Source of the DNA: a virus
Lineage: Duplodnaviria; Caudoviricetes
Length of the DNA: 64,000 nt
Reading direction: 5' to 3' (one strand)
IMG/VR virus record: IMGVR_UViG_2866816733_000004
Span: 32,001 to 96,000 of that record
The stretch's first letter is position 1; each line of letters starts with the position of its first letter. The translations under genes were made by a program, and so were the position numbers. Shown in pieces: positions 54,786 through 63,283 of the stretch. A model generated the notes under the pieces. It saw only the letters and a program-made list of their open reading frames with translations. It did no database searches and had not been told where the DNA came from.

Positions 54786-55088
54786 TCATGCCGCTCCCTT
54801 GTTCGCCTTGGCGAGCCACTGGGCGGCGAACACGTCGAAGTCCGGGTGCCGGCCTGCTCGTACCTCCGCGATGACGTCGTCGACGAACTCGCGGAGGATT
54901 AGGTGTTGGCCGCCGCACCGGCCACTCGGCCATGCGCCTGCCTGAACGCGACGGCGTACCGTCATGGTGGAGATGCCGAGGATCTGAGCGACTTCGGAGA
55001 TCGTAAGGAAGAGGGGCGACTCGTCGGATGGCGAGTCCGGCTCAACGGCGTCGACGCTCACAAGCGCGTCCTTCCCGGGGGGCGTCAT
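54786..55088 (-). CDS. excisionase-like HTH_17 protein
   Basis: FLTISEVAQILGISTMTVRRRVQAGAWP..RCGG. Confidence 0.82.
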   Translation of the reverse strand: MTPPGKDALVSVDAVEPDSPSDESPLFLTISEVAQILGISTMTVRRRVQAGAWPSGRCGGQHLILREFVDDVIAEVRAGRHPDFDVFAAQWLAKANKGAA

Positions 55089-55393
55089 GCCGCGGCCTCG
55101 ACCGGCTGGGCCACTCCCTCTTGGGCCTGGGCGATCCAGTTGGCGGCGTAGTCCTCGAAGCGGGCGCCGGACGGCGCGCTGATGAATCCGAAGACGAAGT
55201 CGCTTCGCATCCGGTAGCTGTCGCCGAACTGGACGCCGGGGAAGCGTCCTTCACGGAGCCCGCCGTAGAGGTAGGACTTGCTGACCTTGAGGACCGTCGC
55301 TGCCTCCGAGACGAGCAGGAAGGGTCCCGTGCTGCACGCGCACGGCGTGCGCTCGATGTCCTTCGCGCCCTGGAGACGCTCGGTGCTCTGCAT
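55085..55393 (-). CDS. excisionase-like HTH_17 protein (paralog)
   Basis: FLLVSEAATVLKVSKSYLYGGLREGRFPGVQFG.SYRM. Confidence 0.82.
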   Translation of the reverse strand: MQSTERLQGAKDIERTPCACSTGPFLLVSEAATVLKVSKSYLYGGLREGRFPGVQFGDSYRMRSDFVFGFISAPSGARFEDYAANWIAQAQEGVAQPVEAAA

Positions 55394-55396
55394 GGA

Positions 55397-55416
55397 CTAA
55401 ACGTTATGACGTTTAG
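55397..55416. promoter_or_regulatory. palindromic operator, probably for the KorSA-like GntR
   Basis: CTAAACGT-TATG-ACGTTTAG 3 nt upstream of the leftward operon start, divergent from the GntR gene. Confidence 0.68.
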
Positions 55417-55529
55417 CCAATGATTGCAAGGGGCTCCGTGCTGTTCCTCTTTCGAGGTGCTGCCCTACCTGGGAAGCTGCTTGTAGGCGTTGCTATAAGG
55501 TTTCGGACAAGCGAGGAGGTGGAGGTCGG

Positions 55530-56309
55530 ATGCAGGGAAAGCAGGGGCGTCCTGCGTACAGGCAGATCGCGGAGGATCTCCGTGCGCAGATCGAGGATGG
55601 TTCCCTGCCGGAAGGCGCCCGCATCCCGTCCGAATCCGAGCTCGGTGCGGACTACGGGGTCTCAAGGATCGTCGTCCGAAACGCGATGGGACTCTTGGCG
55701 AGCCAGGGCCTGATCAGCAAGGAACGTGGCCGTGGATCATTCGTTCGGCACCGGGGCCCGAAAGAGACACGCATCGTCGGTGACTTCTACGGCAAGCGCC
55801 ACACGGGTTCACCGTTCGCGGCAGCCGTGAAGGCGGCTGGGCATCGACCTGAGTGGGACTACCAGACCAGAGAGACGACCGCGTCGCCCGCGGTTGCTGA
55901 GCGGCTCGGCATCGAGGGCGGCGACCCCGTCATGCGCACGACGTACACGTTTTTCAGCGATAACCAGCCCGTCATGCTGTCGACGTCGTATGAGCCGCTG
56001 GCGATCACGCGCGGGACGCCCGTCGAACATCCTGAGGCCGGGCCGATCACCGGAGTTGTCGCGCGCATGGACAGCATCGGGAAGGTCATAACGCACGTCA
56101 CCGAAGAGACTGTGGCTCGGGCGGCCAGGAACATAGAGAGGGAAGCCCTCGACGTCGCCGAGGGGACCCCGGTGTTCGCCATCACCCGGACGTACTTCGC
56201 CGGCAACCAGGCCGTAGAGACTGCGGACATCGTCGTGTCCGCGGACCGCTACAAGCTCAAGTATCGGGTGCCTCTACCTCCGCCAGGTGAGCAGCGGGAC
56301 TCGGAGTGA
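55530..56309 (+). CDS. GntR/HutC (UTRA) repressor, KorSA/TraR-like
   Basis: YRQIAEDLR..I..G.L..G.RIPSE, GRGSFVR, C-terminal UTRA domain. Confidence 0.9.
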   Translation: MQGKQGRPAYRQIAEDLRAQIEDGSLPEGARIPSESELGADYGVSRIVVRNAMGLLASQGLISKERGRGSFVRHRGPKETRIVGDFYGKRHTGSPFAAAVKAAGHRPEWDYQTRETTASPAVAERLGIEGGDPVMRTTYTFFSDNQPVMLSTSYEPLAITRGTPVEHPEAGPITGVVARMDSIGKVITHVTEETVARAARNIEREALDVAEGTPVFAITRTYFAGNQAVETADIVVSADRYKLKYRVPLPPPGEQRDSE

Positions 56310-56559
56310 TCTGTCCCGATGGTCCGTCCACTAGCCCCACCGGCCCGTAGAGCGCGAGGACGTCGGCCACCGACGAGCCGCTTCCTCGCCGACCCCAACG
56401 CAGAGGTCCCGCAAATGTGGTGCTCGAGGTGTCTGAAGCGAGATCCCGGCGATCCATGCCCCAACGATCGCCCGTACAGGCTGCGTCACGCCATGTACGA
56501 ACCCTGCAACTCCAGTGCATCATCGGCAAGTAGAGCCATTAGCTAACGCAGGAGGGGTG

Positions 56560-57207
56560 ATGATGGGCCCGACGCGATCGTGGACGGGACGAGACGCGAC
56601 CACCCTGCGGAAGGCGCTGCGCATGACCACCGACGGCTTCGCTGCACGGCTGCAGGTCGCGCCGCGGACCGTCGCGAACTGGGCCGCTCACCCGGAGATG
56701 GTGCCGCGGCTCGGAGCGCAGGACGAGCTCGACCGTCTGCTTGCCGCTGCGCCCGCTGAGGTCCAGGCGCACCTCGACGATGCCAGTGCTTCGACCGGAG
56801 TTGAGGCGGCCCAGGTGTTGCGCGTAGCGATCGCGGTCCTTGCGCACGACGGCCAGGTGCTCCTGGTCCGTCGGCGTGACGACGGCGCCGGGATCTCGTG
56901 GCAGTTCCCTGCGGGGATTATCAAGCCTGGTGAGCGTGGCGAGGACGTCGCCGTCCGTGAGACGCTCGCGGAGACCGGCGTGCACTGCTCGGTGAAGGAA
57001 CACCTTGGTAGCCGCTGCCACCCGGTGACCGGCGTCCAATGCGACTACTACCGGTGCGATTACCTGGCAGGGGACGCCTACAACCGCGACTCTGTTGAGA
57101 ACACTGGCGTGACGTGGGCGCCACAAACACAGTTGACCAAGTTCCTTTCGAGAGAGACCGTCTACCCGCCGGTACTGCGGATGCTGGAGGACACCCATGC
57201 AGCCTGA
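56560..57207 (+). CDS. XRE-HTH fused to NUDIX hydrolase
   Basis: LRKALRMT...FAARL.V..RTVANW; WQFPAGIIKPGE...AVRETLAETG. Confidence 0.85.
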   Translation: MMGPTRSWTGRDATTLRKALRMTTDGFAARLQVAPRTVANWAAHPEMVPRLGAQDELDRLLAAAPAEVQAHLDDASASTGVEAAQVLRVAIAVLAHDGQVLLVRRRDDGAGISWQFPAGIIKPGERGEDVAVRETLAETGVHCSVKEHLGSRCHPVTGVQCDYYRCDYLAGDAYNRDSVENTGVTWAPQTQLTKFLSRETVYPPVLRMLEDTHAA

Positions 57208-57604
57208 GATCGACACTCGCCCGACGATCGCGGCGGCCGTCATCGTGCAAGGTGGCCGATTCCTCCTGGTGCAGCGGGCTGTGTCCGAGGGGTCGCTGTC
57301 GTGGCAGTTCCCGGCTGGCGAGGTCGAGATCGGCGAGACGCCGGAAGACGCCGCGGTGCGGGAGACCGCCGAAGAGGCCGGCGTCACAGTGGTCGCGAAG
57401 TCGCGGCTGGGGGAGCGGATCCACCCGGCGACAGGCCGCACGATGATCTATGTCGCCTGCGAGATCGTTGAGGGTGAAGCGCATGCGGCCGACGTCGACG
57501 AGATCGCGGCTGTCCACTGGTGCCACCTCGACGAGATCGGCGACTTCGTCCCGTACGGGTTCTACGAGCCGGTGCAGTTGCACCTCGAAGCGCAGCTCGC
57601 CTGA
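57197..57604 (+). CDS. NUDIX hydrolase (pSAM2 Pif-like context)
   Basis: WQFPAGEVEIGETPEDAAVRETAEEAG; LGERIHPATGR.M.Y.AC. Confidence 0.9.
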   Translation: MQPEIDTRPTIAAAVIVQGGRFLLVQRAVSEGSLSWQFPAGEVEIGETPEDAAVRETAEEAGVTVVAKSRLGERIHPATGRTMIYVACEIVEGEAHAADVDEIAAVHWCHLDEIGDFVPYGFYEPVQLHLEAQLA

Positions 57605-57967
57605 TGCAGGCGCTATCGGGAGACGGGGCAGGCTAGCCAGTCGTCGTAGCTGTCGCCGTTCCCGCGGTGCGTGAGGTACCTCTTGGCCTCCAGCCATTGG
57701 AAGGCGTCCATCAGCGTCATCGACGTGAACGCGTCGTACCGCGATGACTGGCATCACCAGCTCGAGCGGCAACGGATCAGGGAACTCGGCTGGAGTGACT
57801 CTCTTGGAGCCCGCCGCGAGGCTGAATACGTCTGCGGTCGCCTCGAACGAGGGGCCTGCGGCTAGGTCGCGCACCCTGGGCCAGCCTTATGGGGTGGTCT
57901 GACGACATGTCGTGTATCCCCCTACTCGGTCGGTTGTCAAGCATCGCAGGTCAGTCCGGCGTTCTGA

Positions 57968-58054
57968 TGTGCCACTTCTGGCACAAGATCGCGATTCGGT
58001 GCCACTTTTGGCCCAGCTGCCCGCATCGAGCTGTGCCATTTTTGGCACAAGATC
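57968..58054. repeat. three GTGCCA-N4-TGGCAC palindromes
   Basis: 57968-57985, 57999-58014 (one mismatch), 58032-58049. Confidence 0.78.
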
Positions 58055-58544
58055 ATTGCGGCCTCCTGCGGTAGTAGGTCCGGCGAGAGATCCCGAGTTT
58101 GGTCGCCGCGGTCTTCGCGTCGGACTCCCAGATGCGCATCCCGATCGCCAGCCGAAGCTCGCCGCCTGCCGTGGTCCCGTCGATCAACCCTTCAAGCCAT
58201 CCCTTGAGTTCTTCGAGTTCCTCACGGGCTGACCGCTCCGCTGGGCTCTCAGCCGCTCGCGCGCCTGGGCTCCAGGAGACACAGCGCAGCGAGATACCGC
58301 GAGCGGTCATCGCGCGCTTCACGTCAGCGGGAGCGCAGCCTCGATGGCACATCCAGACGATGCGCTGCGAGCCGCCAGCCGTGAGGCTCAGCGTCCGCTT
58401 GCTCTCCTCTGGGCGAGCGCACACCGGGCAGCGTGCGGACCACTGTCGTTTGCCTTCAGCGGTCCTACGCGCGCCGTCCAAGTTGGCGCAGACGTGGTCT
58501 GTCAAACAGTCTTCGGCGTCGAGTTCACAGCGGTGCACGACCAC
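58053..58544 (-). CDS. primase-type zinc-binding domain fused to an HTH
   Basis: WSARCPVC...LSL....IVWMCHRGC; C-terminal AATKLGISRRTYYRR. Confidence 0.62.
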   Translation of the reverse strand: MVVHRCELDAEDCLTDHVCANLDGARRTAEGKRQWSARCPVCARPEESKRTLSLTAGGSQRIVWMCHRGCAPADVKRAMTARGISLRCVSWSPGARAAESPAERSAREELEELKGWLEGLIDGTTAGGELRLAIGMRIWESDAKTAATKLGISRRTYYRRRPQ

Positions 58545-58666
58545 CGCCGGAGTCGAGCGTCGCTGATGGGGCCGAGATGCATCGTGGGCTATTCTGGCTG
58601 TGCTGGTTGCTGTGGAGGCGACCGAAGCGTTTGCGGCTCTCAGGCTTTGCCTGGGGGCCGCTTCTT

Positions 58667-58903
58667 CTACCTGGCGGTGGCATGTTCACCTCCCTCCTGC
58701 GGAGAGAGCAGGAGGGAGGCCAGCCGCTCGAGGTCGTCCTGCGCGAGAGCGGGGGCGTCGGCGCGCAGCTTGGCGATGAAGTCGCGGGCGTGTTTGACCT
58801 TCAGTTCGTAGCGGAGGTCCGCCACGAGATCGGGACGGTCAGGGTGATGCCGCTTCAGTGCGGCGAGTCGGGCGCGGGTGCTGCGCCAGTCGGGTTCGGG
58901 CAC
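58667..58903 (-). CDS. small phage protein resembling the phiRv1-type helical family
   Basis: RARLAALKRHHPD.PDLV...APAL...LERLASLL. Confidence 0.55.
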   Translation of the reverse strand: MPEPDWRSTRARLAALKRHHPDRPDLVADLRYELKVKHARDFIAKLRADAPALAQDDLERLASLLLSPQEGGEHATAR

Positions 58904-59131
58904 CGGGTAGCCCTTCGAGCTTTCGCCCTGCTGATCCCGCAGGTCGACACCACAGCGGTGGAGGGAATCCTGCCCGCGGTCGGCTTCCCTTCCCCAAGAG
59001 GGCCGTGCCGCGGGTGGCACTGGATAACCGCTGTCGCCTCCCGTAGGAGACCGCCTCCCGTTTAGGAGGACTCCGGTTGCTCACTGCTAGTGATTTTAGC
59101 AGGAAAGGCAGTGGTCCAAGCCGGACCGTTT

Positions 59132-59818
59132 CTACGCGGCGTCTCCGTCGATCTGCGGCGGCGGGTCGTCGTCGGCGAGATCAAGCCCAATCTGAGTGAA
59201 GCCTCGGGCGGCGAGTCCGCGGGCGCTGTGGGTGAGCTGGTATGCGAGGACGCCGGCGGCGCTGCGATGGAGTTCCCAGTGGGTGCCTGTCCACCAGAAC
59301 ATGGGCTCGTACGTCCGCCGGGGGGCGCCGGACACTTTGAGGACACCGGCCGCCCGTAGTCGGCGCGTGAGTTCGGGGACGGCATAGTTCATCCCGTACC
59401 GCTGCCTGAGCTCGGCGGCGACTTCTTCCCAGGTGTAGGTGACGGGTTCGAACGCCATGACCGGCTTGAGGGCGTAGGTGCCGGCACGGCGGATGGTCGG
59501 GAGAACGTCGCGGTACACCCAGTCCTGGAACCGAGTGACTTGGTCGCGGACCGTTGAGTCTTTGATCCGCGACACTTGCCGTTGTCCGAGCACGCGGTAG
59601 AAGCCAGGCTCGGTGACGTGCCATATCCGCTGGTCACCACCAGGGGTACACGCTGTCGTGTACCCCTTCTCTTCGTCTGGGATGGACTCTACGAGCCGGT
59701 GAGCGTCACGGAAGGCCAGGGCCCGCGCGAGTCCGGGCGCTTCTACCTTGAAGGAGTCACCGATCGGTGTGATGCGCAGGTGGAACTCTTCGTTGTGGAA
59801 CAGCCGCAAGCCGTTCAT
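59132..59818 (-). CDS. BRO-N domain protein (antirepressor-like)
   Basis: LARALAFRDA, TPGGDQ...VTEPGFYR, FQDWV..DVLPTIRRAGTY. Confidence 0.88.
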   Translation of the reverse strand: MNGLRLFHNEEFHLRITPIGDSFKVEAPGLARALAFRDAHRLVESIPDEEKGYTTACTPGGDQRIWHVTEPGFYRVLGQRQVSRIKDSTVRDQVTRFQDWVYRDVLPTIRRAGTYALKPVMAFEPVTYTWEEVAAELRQRYGMNYAVPELTRRLRAAGVLKVSGAPRRTYEPMFWWTGTHWELHRSAAGVLAYQLTHSARGLAARGFTQIGLDLADDDPPPQIDGDAA

Positions 59819-59932
59819 GCCGCCTCCAGCGGTGGGGTTGCTGAGGTGCTGTGCATGATGACACAGTATGATTCCAGTCATGTTGAGTCAACTTGAGCGA
59901 TCTGAGCAAACGCCGCGCGGAAGGGTGGGGAG

Positions 59933-60415
59933 TTGACGTTTCTGGAGGACGCTGACGAGGCGGCATGGACACGACTAGGGCGATTGCTTGCTGCCCGGCG
60001 CGCCGAACTCTCCCCGAAGTTTCGCTCCAGGCGTCTCTTCGCGGAGTTTGCGGGGATCAACCACCGGGTCTTGTACGACATCGAGAGTGCCCGACGCCGA
60101 AACTTCAGCCCCAACACCCTGACGGCCATTGAACACGCGTGCTCCTGGAAGCCAGGTTCGATCGCGCGGATCCTCGAGGGCGGGGACCCAGTTGAGAACA
60201 CTGTCATCCTTGGTCCCGTCCGGGCCATCGACGACGACCCCGTCAGCCCCGTAGAGATTCCCGCAGAAGTTGACCTTTTTGCCATCCCGCGGTGGGAACG
60301 CCACCTCTGGCTTGCTCCTGACCTCTCGCGGAAGGAGCGCCGACTCTTGATCAATTTGATCAGAGCCGAGCGTCTCAGTGCTGAGCAAGATGATCCGCCG
60401 ACTGGCAGCGGGTGA
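59933..60415 (+). CDS. XRE-like repressor (candidate immunity repressor)
   Basis: RLGRLL.ARR.EL, FAE.AGI..RVLYDIE.ARR..FS..TL.AIE...W.PGSI..IL.GG.P; divergent from BRO. Confidence 0.72.
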   Translation: MTFLEDADEAAWTRLGRLLAARRAELSPKFRSRRLFAEFAGINHRVLYDIESARRRNFSPNTLTAIEHACSWKPGSIARILEGGDPVENTVILGPVRAIDDDPVSPVEIPAEVDLFAIPRWERHLWLAPDLSRKERRLLINLIRAERLSAEQDDPPTGSG

Positions 60416-60442
60416 CGGTCCCGAGAGCGCTCGCTTGCTGAG

Positions 60443-60530
60443 CGATCTGCTGGTGGCGGTCAAGCCAGGTGCTGCTGTCCCCCGTAGAGGGTGACTGCGC
60501 TGACGCGTCCAGGCGGTGGATGGTTCACCC
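60443..60530. repeat. intergenic repeat copy 1, before TA-like pair 1
   Basis: CAAGCCAGGTGCTGCTGTC at 60461-60479 is identical to 62452-62470. Confidence 0.65.
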
Positions 60531-60648
60531 ACTGGTCGCCTCGGCCCACTCTGGTCATCGCGCGCCACGTTGCTGGACCTCGGGAATGGATCAGGACGCT
60601 GGCTCTAGGTTGGGGCGGCGAAGAGGGTGACCGTGAAGGGAGACGCCA

Positions 60649-60960
60649 GTGGCTGTCGAGTACACGCGTCCGGTGGTGCCAGCCGAGGATGAGCAAGTGA
60701 TTGCGCAGGCCATGGCGGTGTGGGACGCGTTGACGCCGGGTGAGCAGCGGGAGGTGTTCCGGTCGTTGGCGCAGGTGGTGACCCGATATGGGCGGACGAA
60801 GGATGTTGACGCTCTGACGCGGTTTGCGGAGAGTGTTGACGGGATGGTTCGTCTGGAGTCAACCACTGACCTACGGCGAGCTATACGGGAGACCCGCGGG
60901 GCGCCGGGTAAGCCGGCGGAGGTGAGCTTCGCGGACATGGCCAGGCAACTCGAGGAGTAG
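60649..60960 (+). CDS. putative antitoxin
   Basis: Small helical ORF 2 nt upstream of a toxin-sized gene. Confidence 0.45.
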   Translation: MAVEYTRPVVPAEDEQVIAQAMAVWDALTPGEQREVFRSLAQVVTRYGRTKDVDALTRFAESVDGMVRLESTTDLRRAIRETRGAPGKPAEVSFADMARQLEE

Positions 60961-60962
60961 CC

Positions 60963-61256
60963 ATGCGGCGGCTGCGGCCCACCACCGAGACTCAGCGGGT
61001 CGTGGCCGAGTGGTCGGCCTCCGCGTCACCGGACCACCGGCAGCGCCTTGCGGAGCTGTTGAGGACGTTGGATGACGGGTGCTGGGAGACGCGGTGGTGG
61101 AACGAGCAGTGCAGCAGTGAGCCCGAGGTATACGAGTTGAGGTTCGACACGGCAGCTCACGTGTTCATGCGGATCTTCGTTGATGAGGTTGATGGGGTGG
61201 AGTACGCGGACTTCATCTCGATCGAGCACAGTGGCGCATCTACTCGGGAGCGGTGA
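60963..61256 (+). CDS. putative RelE/ParE-fold toxin
   Basis: 97 aa; predicted strand-helix-helix then three strands (VYELRF, VFMRIF, FISI). Confidence 0.42.
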   Translation: MRRLRPTTETQRVVAEWSASASPDHRQRLAELLRTLDDGCWETRWWNEQCSSEPEVYELRFDTAAHVFMRIFVDEVDGVEYADFISIEHSGASTRER

Positions 61257-61338
61257 CTAGCCGATCGGCCAGTTGCGGCAGGCTAGGAGGTTGTACGTCC
61301 GCGGAGGATTGACCGGCGCCCGCGGGCAGCAGGTCAGC
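61257..61338. repeat. intergenic repeat copy 2
   Basis: CTAGCCGATCGGCCAGTTGCGGCAGGCTAGG...TTGACC...GGTCAG, similar to copy 3. Confidence 0.68.
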
Positions 61339-61428
61339 GCTGGCTTCGTCGGTTGAGTCTCGTCGACCGGACCGGGTCGGCGGGTTGCTGGCTACTCTTG
61401 GATGGCCAGGGTCAGGTTATGAGGAGAC

Positions 61429-62004
61429 GTGGTGACTGAGGCGTCCGGATCACAGCAGTCCGCGTTGACCGCTGGGGAATCCTCGCTGAGCGTAGACGAC
61501 CGTCAGCGCCTGCGGGCAGAGCTCTATCAGCTACTTCTGGATCTTGAAGCCACGGACTCAAATGTGCCTCGCGATCCGCCGAAGGTGCCAACTAGCGGTC
61601 GCGCTCCGGACGTGGTCTATTACTCGCAGCGGGCTGGCCAGCTCTCGCCGACGGCGCTACGGCTCGGGCTGGTGCACTGGGCCGAGCGCTCTTCAAAGCC
61701 GAGTTCGGATTCGCTTCACGAGCTGCTCTTCCTTCTGGAAACAAGGGAGCGGGCATCACGTAAACACGGCCGGGGCGGGCATCCTGCCCGCATGCGGAAT
61801 GTCCCCGTGGCTGACGGTCTAGCGGCTGAAGTTGAGGAGAAGGCCGGCGGCGAGCCCTTGGGCGGACTCGTGGAGCGGCTGCTGCGTGACTGGCTGGCCC
61901 AGCGGCGACTCGAGGACTACCTTCATGCCTCCGATGAAGAAGACGCCCCCTTGACTGAGGATGAGGTTGAGGAGGGAAGGCGGGCGTGGCGCGGCGAGGA
62001 GTAG
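61429..62004 (+). CDS. antitoxin (C-terminal RHH-like region with acidic tail), N-terminally extended
   Basis: NVPVADGLAAEV...LVERLLRDWL.QRRL.DYL...EEDAPLTEDEV; overlaps the PIN gene. Confidence 0.6.
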   Translation: MVTEASGSQQSALTAGESSLSVDDRQRLRAELYQLLLDLEATDSNVPRDPPKVPTSGRAPDVVYYSQRAGQLSPTALRLGLVHWAERSSKPSSDSLHELLFLLETRERASRKHGRGGHPARMRNVPVADGLAAEVEEKAGGEPLGGLVERLLRDWLAQRRLEDYLHASDEEDAPLTEDEVEEGRRAWRGEE

Positions 62005-62435
62005 ACGACCGGCCGCCGCTGCTGCCGTCCCGTTCGTTCGTTCTGGACGCGCAAGGACTCGGCCTGTACGTGGCGCGTGACCGGAGGATGCGCGCGATCA
62101 TTGCAGCGGCGCTGGAAGACGGGTTCGTTCCGGTGATCAGCGTGTTGACGTTGGCGGAGCAGCGGTACTCGATGAACGGCCCGGCGTTTGATCATGCCCT
62201 GTCGTCGGTGACGGTGGTTGATGCGAACCGTGCGATCGCAGAACGGGCCGCGCGGCTGCTGGCGGAGGCGGCGTTGGACGGGCACGAGAACCTGATCGAC
62301 GCCTTTGTGGTCGCTACAGGGTCGTTCGCTGAGGTCGGTGCGCGAGTGGCGAGTTCGGATGCCTCGCACATGCCGCCGTTGTGCAAGGCCGCGAGGGTTG
62401 TCACGGGTCGGACGATCGGGCTGGTTCGGATCTAG
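61986..62435 (+). CDS. vapC: PIN-domain (VapC-like) toxin
   Basis: FVLDAQGL, LTLAE, LIDAFVVA, SSD acidic tetrad. Confidence 0.85.
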   Translation: MARRGVDDRPPLLPSRSFVLDAQGLGLYVARDRRMRAIIAAALEDGFVPVISVLTLAEQRYSMNGPAFDHALSSVTVVDANRAIAERAARLLAEAALDGHENLIDAFVVATGSFAEVGARVASSDASHMPPLCKAARVVTGRTIGLVRI

Positions 62436-62524
62436 CCTCGGCCGGTTGCGGCAAGCCAGGTGCTGCTGTCTTCAGGGAGAGTTGACCACGGCCTGCCGCG
62501 CGGCTGCGGGCGGCCCGGGTCAGC
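62432..62524. repeat. intergenic repeat copy 3
   Basis: CTAGCCTCGGCCGGTTGCGGCAAGCCAGGTGCTGCTGTC...GTTGACC...GGTCAGC. Confidence 0.68.
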
Positions 62525-62576
62525 GGACATTGCGGGTCTACTTAGCGTCTCGCGGAGACTTGCGTACTCTTGCTAT

Positions 62577-62789
62577 ATGGCAGGAGACGAGATCCAGGTC
62601 GCGCTGCCCGCAGCGACCGTTGAGGCTGCCAGGGCCATCGCCGAGGCCGTCGGCACGTCTGTGGGTGAGCTCGCGGCGCGTGGGCTCCGCAACGAGGTCC
62701 TCCGTCGGCAGTTGGCCGCTGATCCTCTTGCCGAAGATGATGAATGGCTGGATTTCGCCGAGGAGGCCGAGGAAGACTTGCGCCGGTGA
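62577..62789 (+). CDS. RHH antitoxin
   Basis: IQVALP..TVEAAR..A...GTSVGELAARGLR; acidic tail; TACTCT 6 nt before ATG suggests a leaderless mRNA. Confidence 0.75.
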   Translation: MAGDEIQVALPAATVEAARAIAEAVGTSVGELAARGLRNEVLRRQLAADPLAEDDEWLDFAEEAEEDLRR

Positions 62790-63094
62790 GGCGCGGAGAA
62801 GTCTGGATCGTCGGCAGCCGGGTGTCGGGCCGTGATCAGTATGTCCTGATTGTCGGCAATGACCTCCTGGTCGAGTCTCTCGGCTCGGTGATCACGGTCG
62901 GTGTGGAAGCCGGGGAGGCGTTCGCCGGTGCAAGCATGGTGACTGTTCAGCTGACGCAGCCGTTCGAGGGTACGGTGCGGGCCCACTGGGTCACGACTGT
63001 CCGCAAGGACCGGTTCGAGCGGATGGTGGGGATGGTCGATCGGCACACCATGGACGTGGTGGACGCGGCGTTGAGGGCCGCGCTGGATCTGTAA
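62786..63094 (+). CDS. mazF: MazF/PemK-like toxin
   Basis: VRRGEVW, VLIVGND, TV.K.RF...VG.V....M..VDAALR.ALDL. Confidence 0.8.
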   Translation: MRRGEVWIVGSRVSGRDQYVLIVGNDLLVESLGSVITVGVEAGEAFAGASMVTVQLTQPFEGTVRAHWVTTVRKDRFERMVGMVDRHTMDVVDAALRAALDL

Positions 63095-63103
63095 GCGCCT
63101 GAT

Positions 63104-63283
63104 TCATCTGCAGTTGGGGCCTGGGCCGTCCGGGTGGGCTTCGAGGTAGGCGGCTTCGATGGCGGGTGTGGCTTGCCCGGAGAACGCCCGGTTGCCTTGC
63201 TCGACCCACCAGGCGCGGATGCGGGCGTGGTAGGCAGGGTCGGGTCCACGGCGAGGGGCGTCGCTGGGGTGCTTGGCGGCCAT
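63104..63283 (-). CDS. stand-alone Lsr2-like DNA-binding domain
   Basis: IRAWW.EQG....SGQ.TP.IE.AY..AH matches the Lsr2 C-domain pattern; AAAGGA RBS. Confidence 0.55.
   Translation of the reverse strand: MAAKHPSDAPRRGPDPAYHARIRAWWVEQGNRAFSGQATPAIEAAYLEAHPDGPGPNCR

Noticed and set aside
60461-62470. Cobalamin riboswitch suggested by AAGCCAGG
   Set aside because: The rest of the B12 box and the GGGAA core are missing, and the gene context is toxin-antitoxin.
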